The translations under genes were made by a program, and so were the position numbers. Under the pieces are notes generated by a model. The model made no database searches and was not told the DNA's origin. It saw only the letters and a program-made list of their open reading frames with translations. A stretch of 64,000 nucleotides of DNA from a virus (taxonomy: Duplodnaviria; Caudoviricetes), in the IMG/VR virus record IMGVR_UViG_3300028025_002058, positions 1,466 through 65,465 of that record; one strand, given 5' to 3'. Shown here piece by piece: positions 1 through 6,932 of this stretch (positions are counted from its first letter, which is position 1; every line of letters begins with the position of its first letter).

Positions 1-24
1 AGTTTGTAATGTGAGGGAAGCATA

Positions 25-237
25 ATGTATTTTGAGTTGACTGCTCCTGATAGGCTCTCTATGGAGAGGGCCTATTGGGATGCACAGATGATAGGGCTTG
101 ACCCACAGGCAATGGCACCATTGACTTTCAACATTGGAACTGGTAGCATTGAGAAGGTAAGTCGCATTCGAGATAAGTATAATCTAATAGAAAGTTATAC
201 ATCAGACTACGAACCGACTGGATATACAGGGAGATAA
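25..237 (+). CDS. hypothetical early protein
   Basis: 70-aa ORF with GAGGGAAG SD-like site, first of a tightly packed + strand run. Confidence 0.7.
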   Translation: MYFELTAPDRLSMERAYWDAQMIGLDPQAMAPLTFNIGTGSIEKVSRIRDKYNLIESYTSDYEPTGYTGR

Positions 238-238
238 A

Positions 239-394
239 ATGGATTACCAAGATGGTTTTGAAGACGGCGTCAAATTTGCCCGTGAAGTTATTGTAAATAA
301 CATTCGCTTATGGGCAGAAACATCTGAGGATGGTTCAGCGTATGATGATATTGCTGACCGCCTAGAGTTTGGAACCGTTGACTATGACCTCTGA
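239..394 (+). CDS. small acidic hypothetical protein (51 aa, not in ORF track)
   Basis: Hand translation MDYQDGFEDGVKFAREVIVNNIRLWAETSEDGSAYDDIADRLEFGTVDYDL; GGGAG SD; fills the gap between neighbours. Confidence 0.7.
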   Translation: MDYQDGFEDGVKFAREVIVNNIRLWAETSEDGSAYDDIADRLEFGTVDYDL

Positions 395-593
395 GGATCT
401 AACTCGCTGGATTGGCTGCGATCAATGCAGTACAGCTCAGGCTATGTATCTAATTAAACTAGTAGAAGGTGAGTTATTCTTTTGTGGCCACCACTACAAT
501 AAAAACAAGGATGCCCTTGACAAAGTCTCATTCGAGATGATAGAATTAAATAAAAAAGAAGAAGCACCACAACTAACAGAAATGGCGGAATAA
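384..593 (+). CDS. small zinc-finger protein (CxxC...FCGHH)
   Basis: CDQC...LFFCGHH pattern typical of small actinobacterial/actinophage Zn-binding proteins; start moved to ATG 384. Confidence 0.7.
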   Translation: MTSEDLTRWIGCDQCSTAQAMYLIKLVEGELFFCGHHYNKNKDALDKVSFEMIELNKKEEAPQLTEMAE

Positions 594-594
594 A

Positions 595-999
595 ATGGGA
601 GACAGAGCAAACTTTGGATTCGTCCAACCTAACGGAAATACAATTGTCCTATACGGGCACTGGTCTGGACATAACATGCTTGCTAATTTAGCAGAGGCAG
701 TATTTAAAGCACGTCCTCGCTGGAATGACACATCATATGCAACACGCATTACAATCAGTCAAATGATTGGTGATGACTGGAATTCTGAAACTGGATGGGG
801 CCTGCATGTAAATGAGATTGGCGATAACGAGCACAAGATTGCTATCGTTGATTTTAATCAACAGACATTCAGTCTTCATGAAGAGGCGCCACGTAATGAC
901 TTAGACAACAAAGTAAATGGGATGAGCAATGAAGCAATCTTCACCATGGACCTCAGCAACTTTGTTGAAAAGTACGCAGACGTGACTATCTCAATTTAG
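595..999 (+). CDS. conserved phage hypothetical protein
   Basis: 134-aa ORF, MGDRAN...LYGHW...PRWND.SYATRI motif. Confidence 0.75.
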   Translation: MGDRANFGFVQPNGNTIVLYGHWSGHNMLANLAEAVFKARPRWNDTSYATRITISQMIGDDWNSETGWGLHVNEIGDNEHKIAIVDFNQQTFSLHEEAPRNDLDNKVNGMSNEAIFTMDLSNFVEKYADVTISI

Positions 1000-1011
1000 T
1001 TAACTAAGATA

Positions 1012-1020
1012 TGCTATAAT
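1012..1020 (+). promoter_or_regulatory. extended -10 promoter
   Basis: TGcTATAAT at the start of a 345-bp intergenic region. Confidence 0.55.
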
Positions 1021-1052
1021 AGTGATTAGGTCCTAGCGGACCTTTTTACTAG

Positions 1053-1177
1053 AAGTAGGGTGCGGCTACCAGGGGTTCCCCCAAGTCGTTAAATAAAGCA
1101 GCGTATACTAAATTCCTTTCGTTCTGCTAGCAGCCTTACTTATCTTAAGATCCTTCAGCTTAGCTGGGGGATTTTTT
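1053..1177 (+). ncRNA. candidate structured sRNA with exposed anti-SD loop
   Basis: Stem AAGTAGGG(1053-1060)/CCTTACTT(1134-1141) encloses arms GCGGCT/AGTCGT and AGCAG/CTGCT; the latter carries TTCCTTTCG; ends in a terminator; no ORF. Confidence 0.45.
1150..1177 (+). terminator. rho-independent terminator
   Basis: ATCCTTCAGC-TTA-GCTGGGGGAT hairpin followed by a T-run. Confidence 0.8.
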
Positions 1178-1290
1178 GTTTGGCCCGCAAAAGACGTGAG
1201 GGTATCATATGTTATTTACGGGTGTCAATATATATCCCTGGAAATTCCAGTATTTGAGATCAATGTGGTGTAGAACACACCCATATTGCA

Positions 1291-1320
1291 TAGACAAATG
1301 TCAGTGGTCTAATATATAAT
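1291..1320 (+). promoter_or_regulatory. early promoter with TGTCAGTGG element
   Basis: TAGACA-18-TATAAT, with TGTCAGTGG starting 16 bp before TATAAT. Confidence 0.7.
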
Positions 1321-1345
1321 TGGGTTATTAGCGAAAGGAAATAAA

Positions 1346-2122
1346 ATGCCAAATTGGTGTTATAACACGTTAACTATCCAAGGACCTAAGTCTGAGGTAG
1401 ATATGATTAAGGATAGACTTAATAAGCCTTTTACATTAGCACAAGAGACTTATGGTATGGGTGATATCTCTTCTATGGGTTTCCCCACCAAAATTAAAGA
1501 AGTAACTTATTCTAATCCTGTCTTTGCTTTCTTTAATATCCACTCATATAAAGATGAAGGGATTACTGATGAGGAATATGCTTGCCAACCTAATCGTGGA
1601 GATATAGATATTCAAAATGACCCTGATTGGTTCCGCAAATCTGTTGAGTTTGCTAAGACTCAAAAGGACTGGTATTCGTGGAACAATTCTAATTGGGGAA
1701 CTAAATGGGATGTTGCCGTATCAGATGATGACAAGTATCCAAATACAGAACTAATTGAATATAAGTCAGAAGGTGATGATAACTGGGTTATTTATAAGTA
1801 TGAGACTGCATGGTCACCTGCTGTAACTATCTTAACTAAACTAAGTAATCTTGTTCCTAACTGCCTGCTTACATTAGAGTATGAGGAAGAAACAGGCTGG
1901 GGTGGGGAATATGAGATTGTCCGTGGTGAAGTAAAGGAGATTCTTTCATATGAGAATCGTTGCTATGCTTGCCAATCTTTTGATTGTGTTGAGTATTGTG
2001 AAGATGACTGTGGAGAATTCTGCTCTGAATGTAATGAGGGTTCTTGGCAAGATGAAGAGGCTATGGCAAAATGTCAGACCCACATGGTATTATTGGAAAA
2101 TACAGAAAAGGCGGAGGTATAA
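1346..2122 (+). CDS. DUF1281/YubB ferredoxin-like family protein with Cys-rich tail
   Basis: MPNWC.N.L, WYSW...NWGTKW and ETAWSP motifs; C-terminal CxxC clusters. Confidence 0.75.
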   Translation: MPNWCYNTLTIQGPKSEVDMIKDRLNKPFTLAQETYGMGDISSMGFPTKIKEVTYSNPVFAFFNIHSYKDEGITDEEYACQPNRGDIDIQNDPDWFRKSVEFAKTQKDWYSWNNSNWGTKWDVAVSDDDKYPNTELIEYKSEGDDNWVIYKYETAWSPAVTILTKLSNLVPNCLLTLEYEEETGWGGEYEIVRGEVKEILSYENRCYACQSFDCVEYCEDDCGEFCSECNEGSWQDEEAMAKCQTHMVLLENTEKAEV

Positions 2123-2340
2123 TGTCTAGTTTTCTAGAAGATGTAAATCAAATGGTAATTGACGCTGTATATCAAGATATAGCAGAGCAATTGCTAGATG
2201 ACTGGATTAACAATAATCTTGACGAGGGTCAATATTATGCAGATAAACAATTTGCTGAAATGTCAGGAGATAAGTTTATCTATGATGAGTTTAATAAATT
2301 CTATAATCTAAAAGAGGGAGATGAGGATTACCTATGTTAG
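2122..2340 (+). CDS. acidic hypothetical protein
   Basis: TAATG coupling with the upstream gene; GGAGG SD; start moved to 2122. Confidence 0.7.
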   Translation: MSSFLEDVNQMVIDAVYQDIAEQLLDDWINNNLDEGQYYADKQFAEMSGDKFIYDEFNKFYNLKEGDEDYLC

Positions 2341-2519
2341 GATATGACTTAGAAGCTTTGAATAGAATGATTAATGCTATACATGATGTTAAGTTATTCT
2401 ATCTTCGATCCCCGTCCGATTTAATGAACAAGGACCCTTTAATTAAAGATTTAGAGGACGCAGTTAGTTTCTTACAGGGCCTATGGGCAGAAGGGTATTT
2501 TGATGGCTACGAAGACTAG
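2334..2519 (+). CDS. hypothetical protein
   Basis: 61-aa ORF overlapping neighbours. Confidence 0.65.
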   Translation: MLGYDLEALNRMINAIHDVKLFYLRSPSDLMNKDPLIKDLEDAVSFLQGLWAEGYFDGYED

Positions 2520-2694
2520 TAGATTTCTAGAGTACATGAAACTTCATTTAATTAGTCTTAACCAGGACATGGAGAAAGACTTGAATGTTGAATCTAAGAT
2601 AAACATCCAGGGACAAATTATGGCAACAGAACATTTATTGTCAGTGGCAACTGATATAATGAATAACTCTAACGAAAGGTATAATAATGATTGA
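2503..2694 (+). CDS. hypothetical protein
   Basis: ORF in packed cluster; GAAGGG SD. Confidence 0.6.
   Translation: MATKTSRFLEYMKLHLISLNQDMEKDLNVESKINIQGQIMATEHLLSVATDIMNNSNERYNND
2639..2660 (+). promoter_or_regulatory. early promoter with TGTCAGTGG element
   Basis: TGTCAGTGG-N7-TATAAT with extended TG. Confidence 0.65.
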
Positions 2695-2965
2695 AACTGC
2701 AGAGGCTCTACCAGAGAGCATTCAACGTGCCGTCGACCTTGGAATATCAGGCATTGACATTATGCACGGGGAACTAAAGATAATGATGTTGGTTGCTGAG
2801 CAAGAACTTGCAAATGCACAGGCCATTGAAGATGAGACCGAAGAGGCAATGGATTCAATGGAACGCAAATACTGGGAAGGTCAACTTGACGCCCTAGTAG
2901 AACTATACAGACTAACTTATGATATCTCATTTGCGATTGGAGCACGTAATGAAGCCAGCAGATAA
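2687..2965 (+). CDS. acidic helical hypothetical protein
   Basis: 92-aa ORF with AACGAAAGG SD. Confidence 0.7.
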   Translation: MIETAEALPESIQRAVDLGISGIDIMHGELKIMMLVAEQELANAQAIEDETEEAMDSMERKYWEGQLDALVELYRLTYDISFAIGARNEASR

Positions 2966-3266
2966 AGATAAACTAAACGAATGTTTAAAGATTCTTGACA
3001 CCACCGACCTTGGTCTATCCATGGTATGGCTGTGGACATGGTCCACAATCAAGAACTTCATGGAAGACGAGACCTTCATTATGAAGTGTACAGAGGATAA
3101 GATGTGGGACCACCTGTGCGAGGCTGTGGAGGCGGGCCACGGGTTTTCCCTGGAATATGGTGCAGAACAACACCATGACGACGTTATGGAATGGATGTTA
3201 AATCGAGACTACATGGTAGACTCCATGTTCGAAGAAGAGGAAGAGGACGAGGATGAAGATGAGTGA
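2949..3266 (+). CDS. acidic hypothetical protein
   Basis: GGAG SD before ATG 2949; poly-E/D tail. Confidence 0.7.
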   Translation: MKPADKDKLNECLKILDTTDLGLSMVWLWTWSTIKNFMEDETFIMKCTEDKMWDHLCEAVEAGHGFSLEYGAEQHHDDVMEWMLNRDYMVDSMFEEEEEDEDEDE

Positions 3267-3405
3267 TCAATACATAGACGACGTACTTAACCGTGCCCAA
3301 AAGCTTTTGTGGGGCGGATCTGAAACTGAGAACATCGAAGCACATAATATGATTGCTAAACTAATTAAAGATCGTATGTCTGAGAAGGAGGGAACAAATG
3401 AGTAA
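3259..3405 (+). CDS. small hypothetical protein (48 aa, not in ORF track)
   Basis: MSDQYIDDVLNRAQKLLWGGSETENIEAHNMIAKLIKDRMSEKEGTNE; overlaps both neighbours. Confidence 0.65.
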   Translation: MSDQYIDDVLNRAQKLLWGGSETENIEAHNMIAKLIKDRMSEKEGTNE

Positions 3406-3634
3406 TTATGAGCCAAGCTTAGAAATCCTGGAAGTTAACTACTCATGTTCACCTGGAGGCATAGACACATTTGAGGTATATGATAAAGGGGACAATGCGG
3501 GCATAATGGACATTCCAATATATGAGACAGAGTCCTTGACAGAAGCAGTTCAATATTGTTATAATCTAGGTAAGGACTTTATTGTCCGTACATATGCGGA
3601 ATGGGAAATGAGGGAACTACTTGCCGATCTATAG
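3398..3634 (+). CDS. hypothetical protein
   Basis: AAGGAGG SD, 78 aa. Confidence 0.7.
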   Translation: MSNYEPSLEILEVNYSCSPGGIDTFEVYDKGDNAGIMDIPIYETESLTEAVQYCYNLGKDFIVRTYAEWEMRELLADL

Positions 3635-3821
3635 AGTATTTGGTACCAAGTATACAAACTATTACACCATTGTTTCCGCTGCCGACGAATATGAAGCAGC
3701 AGAGCTTGCAAATTCTCGTCCATCAATTGATTGGAATGAAATTCCAACAGATGATGAGATTGAGGCTACAGATGTATTTTTAGATGAAGATACATCAGAA
3801 GATCTACAATTTAATATATAG
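3621..3821 (+). CDS. small acidic hypothetical protein
   Basis: TTG start, GAGGGA SD; 'IVSAADEYEAAELA' pattern common in small phage proteins. Confidence 0.6.
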   Translation: MPIYRVFGTKYTNYYTIVSAADEYEAAELANSRPSIDWNEIPTDDEIEATDVFLDEDTSEDLQFNI

Positions 3822-3828
3822 GCGGAGG

Positions 3829-3860
3829 CTATTTACAGAATTGTAAATAGTTGATATAAT
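3829..3860 (+). promoter_or_regulatory. promoter overlapped by a palindromic operator
   Basis: TTTACA-17-TATAAT with extended TG; inverted repeat CTATTTACA-gaat-TGTAAATAG (3829-3850) covers the -35. Confidence 0.7.
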
Positions 3861-3891
3861 AAATAAAACATCTCTCGAAAGGGGAAAACAA

Positions 3892-4038
3892 ATGGCAACA
3901 AAGCGTGAATATCTAAAGTCTAAGGGGATCACAGTCGGAGCCCGTGGTCGTTTCTCATCAGCAGCAAAGCAAGCTCTCCAGGAAGCAACATCCAATGGAA
4001 TGACGTTTGAGGCGGAGAAGCCAACCCCAAAGAAGTAA
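3892..4038 (+). CDS. stand-alone Lsr2-like DNA-binding domain (48 aa, not in ORF track)
   Basis: MATKREYLKSKGITVGARGRFSSAAKQAL resembles the Lsr2 C-terminal domain (RExxxxxGxxVxxRGR); own promoter and CGAAAGGGG SD. Confidence 0.7.
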   Translation: MATKREYLKSKGITVGARGRFSSAAKQALQEATSNGMTFEAEKPTPKK

Positions 4039-4050
4039 TTAAACATACAT

Positions 4051-4087
4051 GAGGGGACTGGCGCATGTCGGTCCCCTCTGCTATAAT
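4051..4087 (+). promoter_or_regulatory. hairpin plus early promoter
   Basis: GAGGGGACTGGC/GTCGGTCCCCTC stem; TGTCGGT starts 16 bp before TATAAT (extended TGc). Confidence 0.6.
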
Positions 4088-4107
4088 CTTAAGACGAAAG
4101 GCGGACT

Positions 4108-4524
4108 ATGAAAAACAAAGAACAGCAAATCGGAGAACTTCTGGCTAACTCAGTAGAAGACCACTTCTTCAACCCTGCCGCTCTAGGGCGGTATCTAGCA
4201 GAACAACCTACCTACACCATAGACCGTGTCATCGAAGTAGTCGCATGGATTATTGAGAAGCAGGCACGGCGCTATGAGCGAGAAGTAGAAAACGGCGGAA
4301 TGGTATCAGAAGGTCTTGCTATAGCACATAAGTTAGATTTAGTTATAGATAAGATTAAAGATAAGAATACATTCCAACACGTCAAACTCCCAATAACGGG
4401 GGAGGAGCGGAAACAATTCATTAATCAAATCCCTAATCCCAAAGAACAATCATATAGATACTCCTACTTGAATGAAACAGATACTCGTGGAGATAAAGTA
4501 TATATAGAGCATCCATTCATTTAA
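4108..4524 (+). CDS. hypothetical protein
   Basis: 138-aa ORF with ACGAAAGG SD; last + strand gene. Confidence 0.75.
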   Translation: MKNKEQQIGELLANSVEDHFFNPAALGRYLAEQPTYTIDRVIEVVAWIIEKQARRYEREVENGGMVSEGLAIAHKLDLVIDKIKDKNTFQHVKLPITGEERKQFINQIPNPKEQSYRYSYLNETDTRGDKVYIEHPFI

Positions 4525-4544
4525 ACATACATCCCTAGCCCAAA

Positions 4545-4588
4545 TTATCCACAGTCTTATCCACAGGCTGTGGATTTTTTGTGGAAAA
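4545..4588 (+). promoter_or_regulatory. DnaA-box cluster doubling as a terminator hairpin
   Basis: TTATCCACA at 4545 and 4557; inverted TGTGGATTT 4569 and TGTGGAAAA 4580; stem ATCCACAGTC/GGCTGTGGAT followed by a T-run. Confidence 0.7.
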
Positions 4589-4590
4589 AA

Positions 4591-4830
4591 TGTGGGCCAA
4601 TATCTGCGTTTACGACCATGTATATAAAATCCCTGAAAATCTCAGATAATGAGATATAAATGTATATTAATCTAAAGAAACATATATAGAATATAACAGA
4701 ATGTGATCTGAATCTGTCAAAATTGTGGGCGAATTTCTCCGTTTACGGAGCATAAAAATATGCCCCAGAAGCCTTGACAATATGGGCCGAATATGCCATT
4801 TACGGAGCTATTGACAAAATCCCTGAAATA
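4591..4830 (+). repeat. three copies of a spaced motif TRTGGGCS-N10-TTTACG-N16-CCCWGAA
   Basis: Copies start near 4591, 4724 and 4781 with conserved spacing; related copy at 1215-1260. Confidence 0.7.
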
Positions 4831-4839
4831 TGCAGGGAT

Positions 4840-4875
4840 ATGGGTCAAAATGGTATTAAGTGGGGCAAAGTGGAG
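4840..4875 (+). repeat. 10-bp phased RTGG boxes (MraZ-box-like)
   Basis: ATGGgtcaaa ATGGtattaa GTGGggcaaa GTGGag; TGG at 4841, 4851, 4861, 4871. Confidence 0.5.
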
Positions 4876-5072
4876 GGCCTGTCCAATTACATGTATATCT
4901 AACTATATATATCTTAGTAGTAATTGATCAAGAATTAGTAGTATATTTTATCGTAGATCATCTCTAGAATAGGTCAAAATAAGCCATAGGAGGCTATATG
5001 AGAGGGTTTTATTGGAGGGGGGAATCTGGGGTATGGAGCTATTTTGGATGATATCCTAGTAATTAAGCAAGG

Positions 5073-5273
5073 CTACTCATGCATGATACTAGAGTTCATC
5101 CAGATCTCTCCATGGTTATCTATGGAGTATCTTATGGTCATTTCGCTAGCACATTTCAAACATACTGGTATAAAGTCTAATTCTCTAGATAGCTCTATAT
5201 TCATCTCTGATCTATCATACATACATAGGAAGTTATAGGTGAATATAGGGTCTATTTCGGCTTCCCCCGCCAT
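5073..5273 (-). CDS. small zinc-ribbon-like protein
   Basis: YNFLC...PVCLKC; TAATG coupling with the upstream ORF. Confidence 0.6.
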   Translation of the reverse strand: MAGEAEIDPIFTYNFLCMYDRSEMNIELSRELDFIPVCLKCASEMTIRYSIDNHGEIWMNSSIMHE

Positions 5274-5437
5274 TATCTATTTGGTCCCATGAATGGAGTA
5301 ATTGGATTCCAGTCATCATCATCTGACCACTTACCTGTGGAGTAACCTGCTTCAGGTTTCTTTGTACATCTATTGTCGCCATTGCGATCACATCTTGGGA
5401 ATAGCTTTGATGCATCACATACACATATCATACTCAT
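5273..5437 (-). CDS. small Cys-containing protein (54 aa, not in ORF track)
   Basis: MSMICVCDASKLFPRCDRNGDNRC...; AAGGAG SD; replaces track ORF 5233..5424. Confidence 0.6.
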   Translation of the reverse strand: MSMICVCDASKLFPRCDRNGDNRCTKKPEAGYSTGKWSDDDDWNPITPFMGPNR

Positions 5438-5448
5438 AATATGTCTCC

Positions 5449-5943
5449 TTAGTTAAATAGAGATAATTGTACTATATTCTTAGTTGACTGCTTTCCTTGT
5501 AATATGTCGACAATTTCATGGAACTTATCGAACTCACATACATTTCTACCAAAGTTAGCAAACCTTGTACATATGACTATATTCTCTTTTGTGTAGTCTC
5601 CATTTACATCTATCTTATCAATGGATGGAGCTAATGGATGTTTAGGCATCCAATCTTTATGGTCTTTATATAGTAGTGTTATATCTAAGGGTATATTAAA
5701 CCAATAACACTTCCCGCCCTGTTTATCCCAGATCTCCGCCAACTCTTCTGGGGTTACATATATTCTAGCAGGTATCCATTCCTGAGAGGATGGACCTGAT
5801 GCTCCACCTACAGAGGATCCAGTCTTTTCCATTCTCCTCTTATTCGTGGAAGAATTGATTACTGTCCAATTACCCTCAGAGTCCTGGCGAACACCATTCG
5901 ATAGAATGGTTGACCACAGCTTTTTAAAGTGATCTCTGGCCAT
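5449..5943 (-). CDS. HNH-like endonuclease
   Basis: QGGKCYW...PSIDKIDVNGDYTKENIVICTRFANFGRN, the SIDRID..GY...N....C...N phage endonuclease signature. Confidence 0.7.
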   Translation of the reverse strand: MARDHFKKLWSTILSNGVRQDSEGNWTVINSSTNKRRMEKTGSSVGGASGPSSQEWIPARIYVTPEELAEIWDKQGGKCYWFNIPLDITLLYKDHKDWMPKHPLAPSIDKIDVNGDYTKENIVICTRFANFGRNVCEFDKFHEIVDILQGKQSTKNIVQLSLFN

Positions 5944-6190
5944 GCATCTCTTCAAGGGATTCGATTGAACCCATCATGTCATGTTCTGGTACATCGTTAA
6001 AGTAATACTTATCACCTTCAATTGTCCAGCCACGCCAGCCATCTCCCTCATTCCAAAATGCCGATGCAGTCTTCATAGCCTCTGGATCTTTCAAAAGTGT
6101 AGTCATAGAGTTGTAAAATGTAGCCTCTGCAAGCAAGGCATTTCTTAGTGGAGTCCACCAGAATAATCTATTTACTAGCCAATCAATCAT
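5924..6190 (-). CDS. hypothetical protein
   Basis: ORF overlapping neighbours. Confidence 0.65.
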   Translation of the reverse strand: MIDWLVNRLFWWTPLRNALLAEATFYNSMTTLLKDPEAMKTASAFWNEGDGWRGWTIEGDKYYFNDVPEHDMMGSIESLEEMHGQRSL

Positions 6191-6302
6191 TTCCAAGCCT
6201 TTCTAGTAGCTCTTTATTTTCTTCAAATACCTGCTCTATTACACGCTTTAGACGCAATGATCTGTCAAGATCATATTCATCGTCAAATTCTGTGGAATTC
6301 AT
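6183..6302 (-). CDS. small helical protein (39 aa, not in ORF track)
   Basis: MNSTEFDDEYDLDRSLRLKRVIEQVFEENKELLERLGND. Confidence 0.55.
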   Translation of the reverse strand: MNSTEFDDEYDLDRSLRLKRVIEQVFEENKELLERLGND

Positions 6303-6342
6303 CTCTCTACTTTCGCCGCACTTTTCGCTTTCACTATGAGGT

Positions 6343-6495
6343 CTAATGACCAGTGAATTGTCTCCATATGTATGTAGTTATCTCTATGGTAGCATATACA
6401 CCTACGAGTTGTAAACAGATATTAGCGAATATATTTATTAATGAATACCCGTCCGCTTTTCTTTCAATCTCTTCTAGTACATCTAGTCTGGCCAT
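6343..6495 (-). CDS. small single-pass membrane protein
   Basis: MARLDVLEE... with a hydrophobic stretch; overlaps the upstream stop. Confidence 0.6.
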   Translation of the reverse strand: MARLDVLEEIERKADGYSLINIFANICLQLVGVYATIEITTYIWRQFTGH

Positions 6496-6932
6496 TTCAG
6501 TTCTCCGTCCTTGACAAAGACTAGGCCAAGGGAGTCTCCTGCATTTAATTCTAGATCGGATACTCCTAGTTGCGCCCATCCCCATCGTGGGAATAAGTTA
6601 ATTAAACTAAACTTTTCTTTGACTATTATAGCCCAGTAAGCATTCTCTGCTGGCATATTTTTACAATCTTCTATCTCAGGGCCTGGAAGTTCTTCTACAC
6701 GGCATACTACATCAAGGCCGTATCTATCTGTACCATCTAGCTTTATTCCGCCGTCTCTCAGTATGTCTATGGCGTAGGCTTTCTCTGCTGGAATACAGCT
6801 AATTACTTTTTTATCTTTATTTAAAGATGCATAATCAACATAAACATTTACGCATTCTGAATCATTAGAAAGGCTAGTAAATCCTAATGCTACTACAATT
6901 ATAATCAATGATAAAACAATTTTACTCTTCAT
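6483..6932 (-). CDS. secreted/anchored transcobalamin-C-terminal-like (DUF4430/SCO2322-like) protein
   Basis: Signal/anchor MKSKIVLSLIIIVVALG; VCRV..LP...C..MP...YW...W..AQLG.....L..GD.LG..F pattern; overlaps the pduO stop by 11 nt. Confidence 0.6.
   Translation of the reverse strand: MKSKIVLSLIIIVVALGFTSLSNDSECVNVYVDYASLNKDKKVISCIPAEKAYAIDILRDGGIKLDGTDRYGLDVVCRVEELPGPEIEDCKNMPAENAYWAIIVKEKFSLINLFPRWGWAQLGVSDLELNAGDSLGLVFVKDGELKWPD

Noticed and set aside
3804-4046. Track - strand 80-aa ORF
   Set aside because: Antisense to the Lsr2-like gene, which has a promoter, an SD and a recognisable motif.
4591-4830. Spaced repeats as a mini CRISPR array
   Set aside because: Copies are degenerate internally and irregularly spaced (133 and 57 bp); there are no identical repeats.
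5233-5424. Track ORF 5233..5424
   Set aside because: An alternative frame, 5273..5437, has an AAGGAG SD and TAATG coupling to the next gene.
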